Shown in pieces: positions 32,221-42,715 of a stretch of DNA of 64,000 bases. Location: positions 32,001 to 96,000 of the forward strand of contig CAWIXE010000002.1 of the NCBI GenBank assembly GCA_963840035.1, read 5' to 3'. Each line of letters begins with the position of its first letter. Within the stretch, counting starts at the first letter, position 1. This DNA is from a candidate division FCPU426 bacterium (GTDB lineage Bacteria > Oederibacteriota > PGYV01 > Palsa-1178). The notes under the pieces were generated by a model, which was not told the origin of the DNA, made no database searches, and worked only from the letters and a program-made list of their open reading frames with translations. The translations under genes were made by a program, and so were the position numbers.

Positions 32221-32348
32221 GTAGGGGCGATTCACGAATCGCCCAGACCAGGGGTCTAACAACGATAACTGTTTGTTTTTTGCGTATGGATTGCTGATTT
32301 GTCAATTCTTGGGCGATTCGTGCGAAGTCCCGTGGAAATCGCCCCTAC
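32221..32348. repeat. REPIN-like inverted pair of GTAG REPs (right copy has an insertion)
   Basis: GTAGGGGCGATTCACGAATCGCCC ... GGGCGATTCGTG[insert]AATCGCCCCTAC. Confidence 0.8.
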
Positions 32349-32448
32349 AAGAGCAGGGCGTGATTATAGATACTGCTGATGTTTTTTGATTATGTTTTGG
32401 ACGGCATTATGGTAAAATGTTAAAAAGATATTAAGGGGGCAATACAAC

Positions 32449-32835
32449 TTGAAAACAAAATCATTACTAACCCTTGCTGCGTTTTTAATCATGACCTTTA
32501 CTTCCGGCTGCGCCACGCTCCCGGGAAGCCATGGCGAAAATGGCGGTTATGTCGAGTCGCTCGGCGGGAAATATAATAAATACATGGACAGCGTAACACC
32601 GGAATTCGCGAAGGCAAAACCTCCGGAAGAGCGCAATAACATGTGGATGCTCATAGCGTTTCCGGTTGCCGGCGGCATTATAGGATACTGCGCAAGCCCT
32701 TCCCAGGCCCAGTATTTCGGCGACGCGCGGCCGCTGGGTGCCCTGCTGGGTGCGGGTTTGGGAGCGGTAATAGGAATTCTTTTAAGCGGGAACCTGGATC
32801 TTTTCTTTAACCGCGGAGTGTCATATGAAAAGTAG
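32449..32835 (+). CDS. Small lipoprotein with glycine-zipper-like segments
   Basis: Lipobox TSGC; GALLGAGLGAVIG; flanked by REPs on both sides. Confidence 0.6.
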   Translation: MKTKSLLTLAAFLIMTFTSGCATLPGSHGENGGYVESLGGKYNKYMDSVTPEFAKAKPPEERNNMWMLIAFPVAGGIIGYCASPSQAQYFGDARPLGALLGAGLGAVIGILLSGNLDLFFNRGVSYEK

Positions 32836-32850
32836 TTATATAACAACAGC

Positions 32851-32911
32851 CGGGCGCATGATATGTGCCCGCTACAATACGGCATTTGTAGAGGCAGGAT
32901 ATTACCCTGCC
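32851..32911. repeat. Two divergent GTAG REP-like hairpins
   Basis: cgggcgcatgatatgtgcccgctac (minus strand) and gtagaggcaggatattaccctgcc (plus strand). Confidence 0.6.
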
Positions 32912-32943
32912 GACAACGAGGGCCTGATGATGCTGTTTTACTT

Positions 32944-32975
32944 AATTGAAAATTGAAAATATAGAATTGAAAATA
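32944..32975. repeat. Single heptamer array (AATTGAA type)
   Basis: aattgaa aattgaa aatatag aattgaa aata. Confidence 0.75.
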
Positions 32976-33187
32976 TGGTTATCCACCGCAACGTTTCTGC
33001 CTTTCAGGCGTTCTACTATTGTGCCCTTTTACACGTTTAACATGTTTGCAACGCTGTTTTGTCATGGAAAAACCTTTAAAATAAGGCTTTATTTAGCGCC
33101 AAACCAACGGAACTTATGGTGGCGGAATTTGTCTAAAATATGCAAGAAAAACGCTGAAAAGACCGATAAATAAAGGTGAAAATATTC

Positions 33188-33216
33188 TTGACAGTGTAAT
33201 TTATAAATGATATATT
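33188..33216 (+). promoter_or_regulatory. Sigma70-type promoter
   Basis: TTGACA-N17-TATATT with extended TG. Confidence 0.7.
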
Positions 33217-33238
33217 TTTTACATTAGAGAGGTGCTAT

Positions 33239-34183
33239 ATGAAAGTAAAAACATTAAAATTAACAGTTTTTACAGCGGTGTTACTGTCTGTATTCTGTTT
33301 ATCTTCATTTGCCGACCAGGGTACTACCTCTGCGGTTTTCTTAAAACTTGAGCAGGGTGCCAGGCCTATTTCCATGGGCGGCGCTTTTGTGGGAGCGGCG
33401 GATGACGTTAACGCCATTATGTATAATCCCGCGGGTTTAGCCCAGCTGCCTTCTTTTCAGTTAACCGTAATGCACACTATTTGGTTCGCTTCCATTTTTT
33501 ATGACTATGTCGCGGCAGCTTATCCGGCAGGCGAGATAGGCACATTCGGACTCGGAGTCGTTTATGTAAATTCGGGCGATATAAAAAGCTGGGACGAGAT
33601 TGGCACGGAACTTACCGCTTTCAGGGCAAGCGACTTAGGCATCAACCTTTCATACGGCACTAAAATAAACACCGAGTTATCACTCGGTGTTACCGTAAAA
33701 GTATTTAACGAATCCATCGCCGACGCGGGGGCTTTTGGCTTCGCGGCCGACCTTGGCGGAGTTTACAAGCTTCCGGTTAAGGATCTGCAGGCCGGTGTTT
33801 GCATACAGAACCTCGGGCCGAAGTTTGGTTTCGGAGAAGCGTTTCTTCTTCCCATAACCGTAAAACTCGGATTAAGCTACACCGGAATAAAGAACCTTAT
33901 GTTAAACCTCGATTACATTCAGCCCATAGAGACAAGGGGAATCATAGCGGCGGGCATGGAATACTGGTACAGGGACATTGTTGTCATAAGGCTCGGCTAC
34001 CAGTACCAGGGCGCTATAGACCCCAATGACCTTTACGATTACATCGCGAGCCCGGGCATACTCGCCGGATTTGTGGCGGGCGCGGGTATAAAGATCGATA
34101 TGTACGAAGTTGACTATGCGTACAGGCAGTACGGCGTTCTTGAAAGCACACACAGGATCGGGCTCACAGTAAAGTTTAAATAA
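33239..34183 (+). CDS. PorV/PorQ-family (UPF0164, FadL-like) outer-membrane barrel
   Basis: FLKLEQGARPISMGGAFVGAADDVNAIMYNPAGLAQ; C-terminal DYAY..THRIGLTVKF. Confidence 0.85.
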   Translation: MKVKTLKLTVFTAVLLSVFCLSSFADQGTTSAVFLKLEQGARPISMGGAFVGAADDVNAIMYNPAGLAQLPSFQLTVMHTIWFASIFYDYVAAAYPAGEIGTFGLGVVYVNSGDIKSWDEIGTELTAFRASDLGINLSYGTKINTELSLGVTVKVFNESIADAGAFGFAADLGGVYKLPVKDLQAGVCIQNLGPKFGFGEAFLLPITVKLGLSYTGIKNLMLNLDYIQPIETRGIIAAGMEYWYRDIVVIRLGYQYQGAIDPNDLYDYIASPGILAGFVAGAGIKIDMYEVDYAYRQYGVLESTHRIGLTVKFK

Positions 34184-34581
34184 TGAAATCCTTAAAAGTA
34201 TCCACGTCAAAAAGGACGGAACTGGCCGATATCACGGCCGCGGTCCAAAAGGCCGTGGACGAGGAAGGGATAAGGAACGGAATTATTTTTTTATATGTGC
34301 CTCACACCACCGCGGCGCTAACGGTAAATGAAAACGCCGACCCGTCGGTTAAGAAGGACATCATTAAAAAATTAACCGCAATGATCCCGAAAGATGAAGA
34401 TTACGGGCACTCCGAAGGGAACTCGGATTCTCATATCAAATCCTCTCTTTTTGGAAACGAAATGTTTTTTTTCATAGAAAGCGGCAGGCTTGCGCTCGGC
34501 ACATGGCAGGGAATTTATTTCGCCGAGTTTGACGGGCCCAGGGACAGGCAGATATACATAAAATTCACCAGGGACTTGTAG
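34183..34581 (+). CDS. yjbQ: YjbQ/UPF0047 family protein
   Basis: PHTTAALTVNENADP, GNSDSHIKSSL, LGTWQGIYFAEFDGPR. Confidence 0.92.
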   Translation: MKSLKVSTSKRTELADITAAVQKAVDEEGIRNGIIFLYVPHTTAALTVNENADPSVKKDIIKKLTAMIPKDEDYGHSEGNSDSHIKSSLFGNEMFFFIESGRLALGTWQGIYFAEFDGPRDRQIYIKFTRDL

Positions 34582-34617
34582 AAATAAAAGCAAGATAACG
34601 TATACCAGGAGGCAAAG

Positions 34618-35718
<1,101 letters not shown>

Positions 35719-35730
35719 AGGAGGATGTTT

Positions 35731-36742
35731 ATGAAAAAATCACTTTTACTTGTAGCGGTTCTTATCGTGGCGCTGGCGGAGCCTTTCCGCTGCGACTACT
35801 ACCACTGATACTCAGTTTGCCGGCGAGTCCATGTCAATCGGCGTAGGCGCAAGGCCGCTCGGCATGGGAGGCACTTTTGCCGCCATAGCCGACGACGCTT
35901 CCACTTCATACTGGAACGCGGCCGGCATGACAAACATACAGGGCGTCGAAGTGTCATCCGTGAAGCTTACAAAGATCAATGACCTGGATACGAAGTATTC
36001 ATACGTCAACCTTGTATACAACACCGGAGCATACGGAGCCATCGGGCTTGGCTGGTTAAGGCAGGCAATAGACGGCATTAACATTACTGACGCGCTCGGC
36101 GATTCAAAAGGCATCAAGGAAAACGCGGATAACGTAGTGTACATCGCGTACGCTTACCCTATAGTAAAAGGGTTTTCAGCAGGCGGATCAGTAAAGATAC
36201 TTATGGGAAACTACCCGGCATTAACTGACGGCGGAAACCTCGCCACCATAAACTATGGCGGATTTGGAGTGGACCTTGGAGTATTCTTTAAGGTCGGTGA
36301 TTTTGTCCCTGAAATGAAATGGCTGACCCTTGGAGTAAATGTGCAGGACGTATACACGTCGGTTACGTGGGACGCGGTACAGGGTTCAAGCACGATAACG
36401 GGCGGCGCGGAGACAGTCGGCTTAAACATGAAGCCTGGCGTCGCGTTAAGGTTCCCGATTCAGCAGTTTGAACTGATAGCTTCATCGGATATAGACACAA
36501 GGTACTCACAGATGATCATACACGCCGGCGGAGAAATATGGTGGAACAAGATGGTTGCCATACGCGGCGGTATCAAGAGCTGGGGCCCGATTGCAAACGG
36601 AGCGGGCGGAGACACACTTCAGCAGAAACCGGACTGGAGCTTAGGCGCTTCTGTCAGATGGTATTTCATAGGAGTTGACTTCGCGTATGTTTATAACGAA
36701 CTTACGCCTGTCCAGTATCTCTCAATAATCGGAAAGTTCTAA
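35731..36742 (+). CDS. Second PorV/PorQ-like outer-membrane barrel, frameshifted (+1 base near 35776-35780) at the end of the signal peptide
   Basis: GGAGG RBS, ATG 35731 MKKSLLLVAVLIVALA; next frame SLSAATTTTDTQFAGESMSIGVGARPLGMGG..DASTSYWNAAG; terminal Phe. Confidence 0.8.
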
Positions 36743-36830
36743 AAAAAGTATTGATAAAAATGCCGGGGACTGTTCCGGCGGTAAATAGAAAACGCTTTTT
36801 ATAAAAAAGTGGAAAACACATAAAACAGGG

Positions 36831-36858
36831 GATAGGAGAGAGGATTTTCTCTCCTATC
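36831..36858. repeat. Short hairpin built from the GATAGGA/GAGAGGA heptamers also seen at 41101-41132
   Basis: gataggagag aggatttt ctctcctatc. Confidence 0.5.
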
Positions 36859-36886
36859 TTTTGCCATCTAAATAGGAGGTTTTAGA

Positions 36887-39232
36887 ATGCGCTACGGATA
36901 TTTTGATGATAAAAACAGGGAATATGTTATTACTCGCCCGGACACCCCTCTGCCGTGGATTAATTACCTAGGAGTGGATACTTACTGCGGCCTTATGTCA
37001 AACACAGCCGGCGGATACAGCTTTTACAGGGACGCCGCGCACAGAAGGATACTGCGTTACAGGTATAATAACGTGCCGTCCGACAGGCCGGGACGCTATA
37101 TTTATGTCAGGGACAATAAGTCAAAAGATTACTGGTCAGCCACATGGCAGCCGGTAAATAAGGACCTGAAGAAATACAAGTATGAATGCCGTCACGGACT
37201 TTCATACACAAAGATTTCATCAGAGTACGCCGGCATTGCCACCGAGACATCATACTTCGTCCCGGTCGGCGCCTCGCATGAAGTCTGGCGCATCAAGGTT
37301 AAAAACAACACAAAAAAAGCCAGGTCACTCTCGCTTTTCACGTACGTCGAGTTCTGCCTCTGGGACGCGATGAACGATATGACAGATTATCAGTATAATT
37401 TAAATATCGCACAGACCGAGTTTAAAAATAACGCCATGTACCACCTGACACAGTATAACGTGCATAAAAGCAATTTCGCGTATTTCTGGTCGGACACAAA
37501 AGTCGCGAGCTATGACGGAGTAAGGCAGGATTTTGTCGGCCCATACAGGGGCGAGGCAAATCCGATTGCCGTTGAAAATGGAAAATGCTCCAACTCGCTC
37601 GCGGTAGGCTGGGCGCCGTTTGGCGGACTGAACATAAACGTATCGCTTAAGGCAAAGCAGGAAAAGGAAGTTACATTTGTCCTTGGATACGGCGAAGGCC
37701 TTGGCGTGGAAAAAGAAGTAATGGCAAGGTACAAGAAAAAAGGCGCGGTTGACGCGGCTTTAAAAGAGCTTGCCTCCCACTGGGACGAGCAGCTTGACAA
37801 ATACAAATGCGAAACACCTGACCCGGCGCTTAATTCCATGGTTAACATATGGAATCAGTACCAGTGCAAGACCACATTCAACTGGTCACGTTCAGCTTCG
37901 TATTATGAGGCAGGCGGAGAGCGCGGAATGGGATTCAGGGACTCCAACCAGGATACGCTCGGATTCGGCCACATGATACCGGTAAAAGTGCGTTCAAGGC
38001 TCATTGACATAGCTTCCGTGCAGTTCCCGGAAGGCCGCGCGCATCACGGTTATTCACCCCTTACAAAGAAGGGCAAAAATGAAGGCTTCGGCGACGACCA
38101 TCTCTGGCTTGTTCAGGCAGTGCATAATTACTGCAAGGAAACAGGCGATATGAACTTTTTAAATGAGCTCGTTCCGTTCAATGACGGTTCAAAAGCCAAG
38201 ATGTACGAGCACCTGCAGAAAGCCATTCAGTATTCATGGGATAACGTCGGATACCACGGGCTGCCGAAAGCCGGCAACGCCGACTGGAACGACTGCCTTA
38301 ACTTAAGCGGCCCGAAGGGCATGGGAGTATCGGTCATGATCGCGTGCCAGTTTGTAATGGGGGCGAATTATTTGGCTGAGCTCGCTGATAAATCAGGCAG
38401 GGTTCTTGATGTTGAGAAGTATAAAGAAATGGCTGAGGAAATGAAGAAAAGAATAAATGAAAAAGCATGGGACGGCGAGTGGTACATGAGGGCCTTTGAC
38501 GACAACGGCACCCCGGTGGGCACCAACGCCTCAAAAGAAGGCAAGATCTGGCTTGAGTCAAATACATGGGCCATCATGTCGGGCGTAGCTGAAGGCGAGC
38601 GCGCCATGACCACGCTTAACTCCATAAAGAAACACTTATCGACAAAGTACGGCATAGTCCTTTTCCAGCCGGCATTCACGGAATACCACCCGGAACTCGG
38701 GTATGTATCCGTATTCCCGGCGGGCTTAAAGGAAAACGCGGCCATATTCTGCCACACCAACCCGTGGGCGATGTGCTCCGAGGCCATGATGGGCAGGGGA
38801 GAGCAGGCGTTTGAATACTGGAAGACCATAGCGCCGGCGGCAAATAACGACATAGCTGACAAGCACTGGACAGAGCCGTATGTTTATTCCCAGATGATAG
38901 CCGGACGCGACCATAAGGATTTCGGGCAGGCAAAGAACAGCTGGCTGACAGGCACCGCGGCATGGAATTTTGTGGCTGCTTCGCAGTTCATACTCGGCGT
39001 CAGGCCGGATTTTGACGGATTGATCGTAGACCCGTGCATACCCAAAAAGTGGAAAGGTTTCACCGTGAAAAGGGTATGGAGGGGAACCACATATAACATC
39101 ACTGTTAAGAACGCGGCAGGCGTAAATAAAGGCGTAAAAGAAATGAAGGTTGACGGCAAGGTTGTAAAGGGAAACAAAGCGCCGATATTTAAGGATAAGA
39201 ACGAGCACACCGTAGAAGTGGTAATGGGATAA
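36887..39232 (+). CDS. GH94 glycoside phosphorylase (cellobiose/chitobiose phosphorylase-like)
   Basis: MRYGYFDD..EYVITRPDTPLPWINYLG, GFRDSNQD, ADWNDCL, SWLTGTAAW. Confidence 0.92.
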   Translation: MRYGYFDDKNREYVITRPDTPLPWINYLGVDTYCGLMSNTAGGYSFYRDAAHRRILRYRYNNVPSDRPGRYIYVRDNKSKDYWSATWQPVNKDLKKYKYECRHGLSYTKISSEYAGIATETSYFVPVGASHEVWRIKVKNNTKKARSLSLFTYVEFCLWDAMNDMTDYQYNLNIAQTEFKNNAMYHLTQYNVHKSNFAYFWSDTKVASYDGVRQDFVGPYRGEANPIAVENGKCSNSLAVGWAPFGGLNINVSLKAKQEKEVTFVLGYGEGLGVEKEVMARYKKKGAVDAALKELASHWDEQLDKYKCETPDPALNSMVNIWNQYQCKTTFNWSRSASYYEAGGERGMGFRDSNQDTLGFGHMIPVKVRSRLIDIASVQFPEGRAHHGYSPLTKKGKNEGFGDDHLWLVQAVHNYCKETGDMNFLNELVPFNDGSKAKMYEHLQKAIQYSWDNVGYHGLPKAGNADWNDCLNLSGPKGMGVSVMIACQFVMGANYLAELADKSGRVLDVEKYKEMAEEMKKRINEKAWDGEWYMRAFDDNGTPVGTNASKEGKIWLESNTWAIMSGVAEGERAMTTLNSIKKHLSTKYGIVLFQPAFTEYHPELGYVSVFPAGLKENAAIFCHTNPWAMCSEAMMGRGEQAFEYWKTIAPAANNDIADKHWTEPYVYSQMIAGRDHKDFGQAKNSWLTGTAAWNFVAASQFILGVRPDFDGLIVDPCIPKKWKGFTVKRVWRGTTYNITVKNAAGVNKGVKEMKVDGKVVKGNKAPIFKDKNEHTVEVVMG

Positions 39233-39238
39233 GGACGG

Positions 39239-39276
39239 ATTTTCAATTTTCAATTTTAAATTTTGAATTTTCAATT
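39239..39276. repeat. Single heptamer array (ATTTTCA type)
   Basis: attttca attttca attttaa attttga attttca att. Confidence 0.8.
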
Positions 39277-39350
39277 AAATAATAAACACATCAGTAAAAG
39301 CGCCGGCGGCTGAAACGCCGCCGGTGCTATCTTAAATGTGAGGTTAAACT

Positions 39351-40844
39351 TTGGCAAAAGCAGCAAAACAAAAGCCGTTGAAGATTTTGATCGCAGCTTC
39401 TGAAGTAGTTCCGTTTGCCAAGACAGGCGGCCTCGCTGATGTCGCAGGAGCTTTGCCAAAGGCGTTAAGGGCTTTAGGCCACGACGTAAGGGTAATAATG
39501 CCAAAGTACAAAAAAATTGACGATGAGAAATTTAAGATACGCGATACGGGAAAAGAGTTTAAGATTAACATAGCGCTTTTTGACCATATAGGCACGATAA
39601 AAGAAACAGTCATACCGGGCTCGGATGTGCCGGTTTACATGATAGACAACACCGAATTTTTTTACAGGGACGAGATATACCGCACGCCGCAGGGCGAGTA
39701 CTGGGACAACGCGGAAAGGTTCCTCTTCTTTTCAAAAGGCATCCTTGAGGCTTGCAGGGCCCTTGACTGGCAGCCGGACATCATCAACTGCAACGACTGG
39801 CACACAGGACTGGTGCCGGTATTTTTAAAGACCACATACGCGCAGGACCCGTTTTTTAAGGGCACCGCGACGTGTTACTCCATACATAACATAGCCTACC
39901 AGGGATTCTTCAGCAAGGAACTCATGTCACACGCGGGGCTCCCATGGGAAATATTTAACATGCACCAGCTGGAATTCTATGACGGAATCAACTACATGAA
40001 GGGCGGCATAGTTTTCGCTGACGTGGTAAATACGGTATCCAAAAGATACAAGGAAGAAATAGAAACGCCTGAGTACGGCTACAACCTTGAAGGCACCTTA
40101 AGGCACAGGCGCGAGGATTTGCACGGAATATTAAACGGCATAGACTATGAGCACTGGGACCCGATGACTGATAAGGACCTGCCCGCCAATTACGGCGCGG
40201 ATACGGTCGAGAAAAAAGAGGAATCAAAGAAAAAACTTCTTGAAATGGTCGGTCTTAAATATGTGGAAAATGTCCCTGTCATAGGCCTGGTCTCAAGGTT
40301 TGACGACCAGAAGGGCCTCGACATGATATCCAGGATAATGGAAGAGATGATGAGGCTCAATATCCAGTTCGTGGTTTTAGGCACGGGAGAAGAACGCTAC
40401 CACCAGATGTTCCGCCACTGGGCGTCGGTTTTTCCGCAAAAGCTCTCGGCAAACATAATGTTTGACAACAACCTCGCGCACATGATATACGCCGGCTCAG
40501 ACATGTTCCTGATGCCCTCGCACTTCGAACCATGCGGCCTGGGCCAGCTGATATCGCTAAAGTACGGAACGATACCCGTAGTAAGGGAAACAGGCGGCCT
40601 TGCAGACACCGTAAAGTCCTATAATTTTAAGGACAAAAAAGGCAACGGCTTCTCCTACGCCGGCTACTACCCCACAGACCTGTATAACACAATCAGGGTA
40701 GCAGTGGACACCTACAAGAACCAGCCCGTATGGCGCAAAATCCAGCAAAACGGCATGAAAGAAGATTTCTCCTGGATCCACTCAGCCCAGAGGTACGTGG
40801 AACTCTACGACCTGGCCATAGCCAAAAAAAGGAAGGCCGAATAA
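39351..40844 (+). CDS. glgA: Glycogen synthase (GT5)
   Basis: PFAKTGGLADV, CNDWHTG, SIHNIAYQG, EPCGLGQL, TGGLADTV. Confidence 0.96.
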   Translation: MAKAAKQKPLKILIAASEVVPFAKTGGLADVAGALPKALRALGHDVRVIMPKYKKIDDEKFKIRDTGKEFKINIALFDHIGTIKETVIPGSDVPVYMIDNTEFFYRDEIYRTPQGEYWDNAERFLFFSKGILEACRALDWQPDIINCNDWHTGLVPVFLKTTYAQDPFFKGTATCYSIHNIAYQGFFSKELMSHAGLPWEIFNMHQLEFYDGINYMKGGIVFADVVNTVSKRYKEEIETPEYGYNLEGTLRHRREDLHGILNGIDYEHWDPMTDKDLPANYGADTVEKKEESKKKLLEMVGLKYVENVPVIGLVSRFDDQKGLDMISRIMEEMMRLNIQFVVLGTGEERYHQMFRHWASVFPQKLSANIMFDNNLAHMIYAGSDMFLMPSHFEPCGLGQLISLKYGTIPVVRETGGLADTVKSYNFKDKKGNGFSYAGYYPTDLYNTIRVAVDTYKNQPVWRKIQQNGMKEDFSWIHSAQRYVELYDLAIAKKRKAE

Positions 40845-40887
40845 TAATAAGTTGCAAAAAAACCGGAAATCTGTATAATATCAATTC

Positions 40888-40978
40888 GATTTGAGTTTTG
40901 AAATATGAGATAAACAATCCCGTTTCAAACTCCAAATAACGTCTTTTATTTGGGATATGTGATTTGGGATATGAGATT
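40888..40978. repeat. Heptamer arrays upstream of tRNA-Glu
   Basis: atttgag ttttgaa atatgag at ... tttcaaa ctccaaa t ... atttggg atatgtg atttggg atatgag att. Confidence 0.75.
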
Positions 40979-40985
40979 AATAAGC

Positions 40986-41060
40986 GTCCCCATGGTCAAG
41001 AGGTTAAGACACCGCCCTTTCACGGCGGTATCGGGAGTTCGATTCTCCCTGGGGACGCCA
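40986..41060 (+). tRNA. tRNA-Glu (TTC)
   Basis: Acceptor stem GTCCCCA/TGGGGAC, anticodon arm CCGCC-CTTTCAC-GGCGG, GTTCGATT T-loop, encoded CCA. Confidence 0.96.
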
Positions 41061-41099
41061 AAAAAAATAGCCGGCTGAAGCCGGCTATTTTTTTTGGCG
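41056..41099. terminator. Bidirectional-type intrinsic terminator overlapping the tRNA 3' end
   Basis: cgccaaaaaaaatagccggct ga agccggctattttttttggcg, perfect 21-bp arms. Confidence 0.85.
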
Positions 41100-41100
41100 A

Positions 41101-41331
41101 GAAAGGTGAGAGTAGAGAGGAGATAGGAGATAAACCAGGGACAATCGGCACCACTGTCGACTACCACTCAAACCCACCTTTCGGTCACCTATCTACTCTC
41201 TCCTATCTGAACGACTTTTCCTGCACTTCCGTTTTTGAAGTTGTTTCCTGATTTGTTTTATTGTAATATATCCGGAAGGGTAGGAAATAAAAACGATAAA
41301 CGGGGTCACCTTTCACCTATCTACTATCTGA
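41101..41331. repeat. Three heptamer arrays upstream of the four-helix-bundle gene
   Basis: gaaaggt gagagta gagagga gatagga gata; tcaccta tctactc tctccta tctga; tcacctt tcaccta tctacta tctga. Confidence 0.8.
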
Positions 41332-41371
41332 AAGTATTTGAACTAAGACAACATAGAGGGGGTTATATAGC

Positions 41372-41722
41372 ATGGCATTCCTATTTGAGAATCTGATTGT
41401 GTACCAAAAGGCAGTAGATTTCGCCGAGAAAATCTCCAATCTGACCGACAACTTCCCGAAGGGGACCTACTACCTCGTCGACCAAGTCAATCGCGCCGCA
41501 TTATCCATCCCGCTCAACATAGCCGAAGGCAACGGCAAATTCACAGGCAACGACAAAAAGAACTTCTTCTTCATAGCCCGCGGCTCCACCCATGAATGTG
41601 TGCCTTTGCTTGAGATCTCCAGACGCAAGGGCTTTATATCCGAGTCAGAGTGTGCGAAATTAAGGGCGCAGCTGGAAGAGATTGCGAAAATGATATCAGG
41701 GATGGTGAAAAGATACGAGTGA
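41372..41722 (+). CDS. Four-helix-bundle protein (23S rRNA IVP-like / Avd-like family)
   Basis: FENLIVYQKA..FPK..Y.LVDQVNRAALSIPLNIAEGNG..FFFIARGSTHEC. Confidence 0.92.
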   Translation: MAFLFENLIVYQKAVDFAEKISNLTDNFPKGTYYLVDQVNRAALSIPLNIAEGNGKFTGNDKKNFFFIARGSTHECVPLLEISRRKGFISESECAKLRAQLEEIAKMISGMVKRYE

Positions 41723-41801
41723 GGCTTGTGCTAAAAATTGTATTTAATAAATACATAAAAAGGTGATAAAATAATATGTAAGATAATTGTTGGAGGAAAA
41801 A

Positions 41802-42407
41802 ATGAATGAAAACAAACAAATCAAATTTGATTTGAATCAAAACGAAAAGTTGCTGTGGGAAGGTTCACCGCGTTCGGATATGGCTACATTTGGTTTAAAT
41901 GACCTAAAGTTTATCCTTGCCGGTCTTTTTGGGATTACCGTTATTTTGCTGATTATGAGGAACATATATAGCCAGACAGGGTTTGTTAGAATGGATTGGA
42001 TGCTTATTTTATTCGCTGCATTTCTTGCTTTTTATGCGTATCAGATATTATTTATGTTTTTTACTAATATTATAATAAACAAAAAAACCAGATATTTCCT
42101 TACCAATAAAAGGGTTGTTTGCGCAAATTATATTAATCATAAGATAAAATATGAGTATCTGGAAAAAATTGATGCTGTTGATATAGTGATTAGTCCAAAT
42201 GATTATATTTCATTACATTTTGGGAAATTAAATTATTACGATAAGTCTTTTAGAAATACAGGCTTGAGATTCTTTAGCAAATTCTACGGTGAAAAGACCA
42301 TATCGTTTTTTTTAATCAAAAGCAGCATTACAATATTTAAAGTATTAAAGAAAAACAAAATCAAACAGTTTAATTATAATTCGTCTGATTATCGCGGGAT
42401 TTATTGA
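41802..42407 (+). CDS. AT-rich membrane protein, bacterial PH-domain-like
   Basis: LNQNEKLLWEGSP, two TM helices, TRYFLTNKRV. Confidence 0.6.
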   Translation: MNENKQIKFDLNQNEKLLWEGSPRSDMATFGLNDLKFILAGLFGITVILLIMRNIYSQTGFVRMDWMLILFAAFLAFYAYQILFMFFTNIIINKKTRYFLTNKRVVCANYINHKIKYEYLEKIDAVDIVISPNDYISLHFGKLNYYDKSFRNTGLRFFSKFYGEKTISFFLIKSSITIFKVLKKNKIKQFNYNSSDYRGIY

Positions 42408-42448
42408 AAAAGAACGGACCCTTACATGGGTTATATATGCGCACCCCG

Positions 42449-42638
42449 CAGGCATTGTAAATATTTACAGCCACCGTAGAGAAGGGGTTAACCCCTTCTC
42501 TACGAGGTCTATGACCCATAGAACGTATCCCTTACAAAAACACTCATCAGCCTTGAGGGACTCATATATACCATCCACAGGCATTGTAAATATTTACAAC
42601 CACCGCAGAGAAGGGCTTAACCCCTTCTCTGCGAGGTC
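42449..42638. repeat. Two 61-bp direct repeats (42449-42509, 42578-42638), each with two palindromes
   Basis: TGTAAATATTTACA plus CGTAGAGAAGGGGTTAACCCCTTCTCTACG; 4 differences between the copies. Confidence 0.9.
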
Positions 42639-42715
42639 CGTCACCCCCCACAAACCCTGTTGAACTTTCCCCCACCTTCCTTTATAATGATTTCACCAAA
42701 AAAAGGAGGCTCTTC

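Noticed and set aside
32946..33173. 75-aa plus-strand ORF
   Set aside because: Starts inside a heptamer array, no RBS or motif; likely non-coding.
39299..39329. GC hairpin before glgA as a terminator
   Set aside because: The stem is real (agcgccggcggc/gccgccggtgct) but has no U-tract; function unsupported.
40946..41251. ORFs across the tRNA
   Set aside because: They overlap tRNA-Glu, its terminator and repeat arrays.
41372..41722. Diversity-generating retroelement (Avd-like gene)
   Set aside because: No reverse transcriptase and no TR/VR pair differing at adenines seen in the window.
42449..42638. Possible CRISPR array
   Set aside because: Only two repeats, 61 bp long with a 68-bp gap, and no cas genes; better explained as REP-like.
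40986..42640. Prophage or integrative element at tRNA-Glu
   Set aside because: No integrase, no phage genes and no direct repeat of the tRNA 3' end found.
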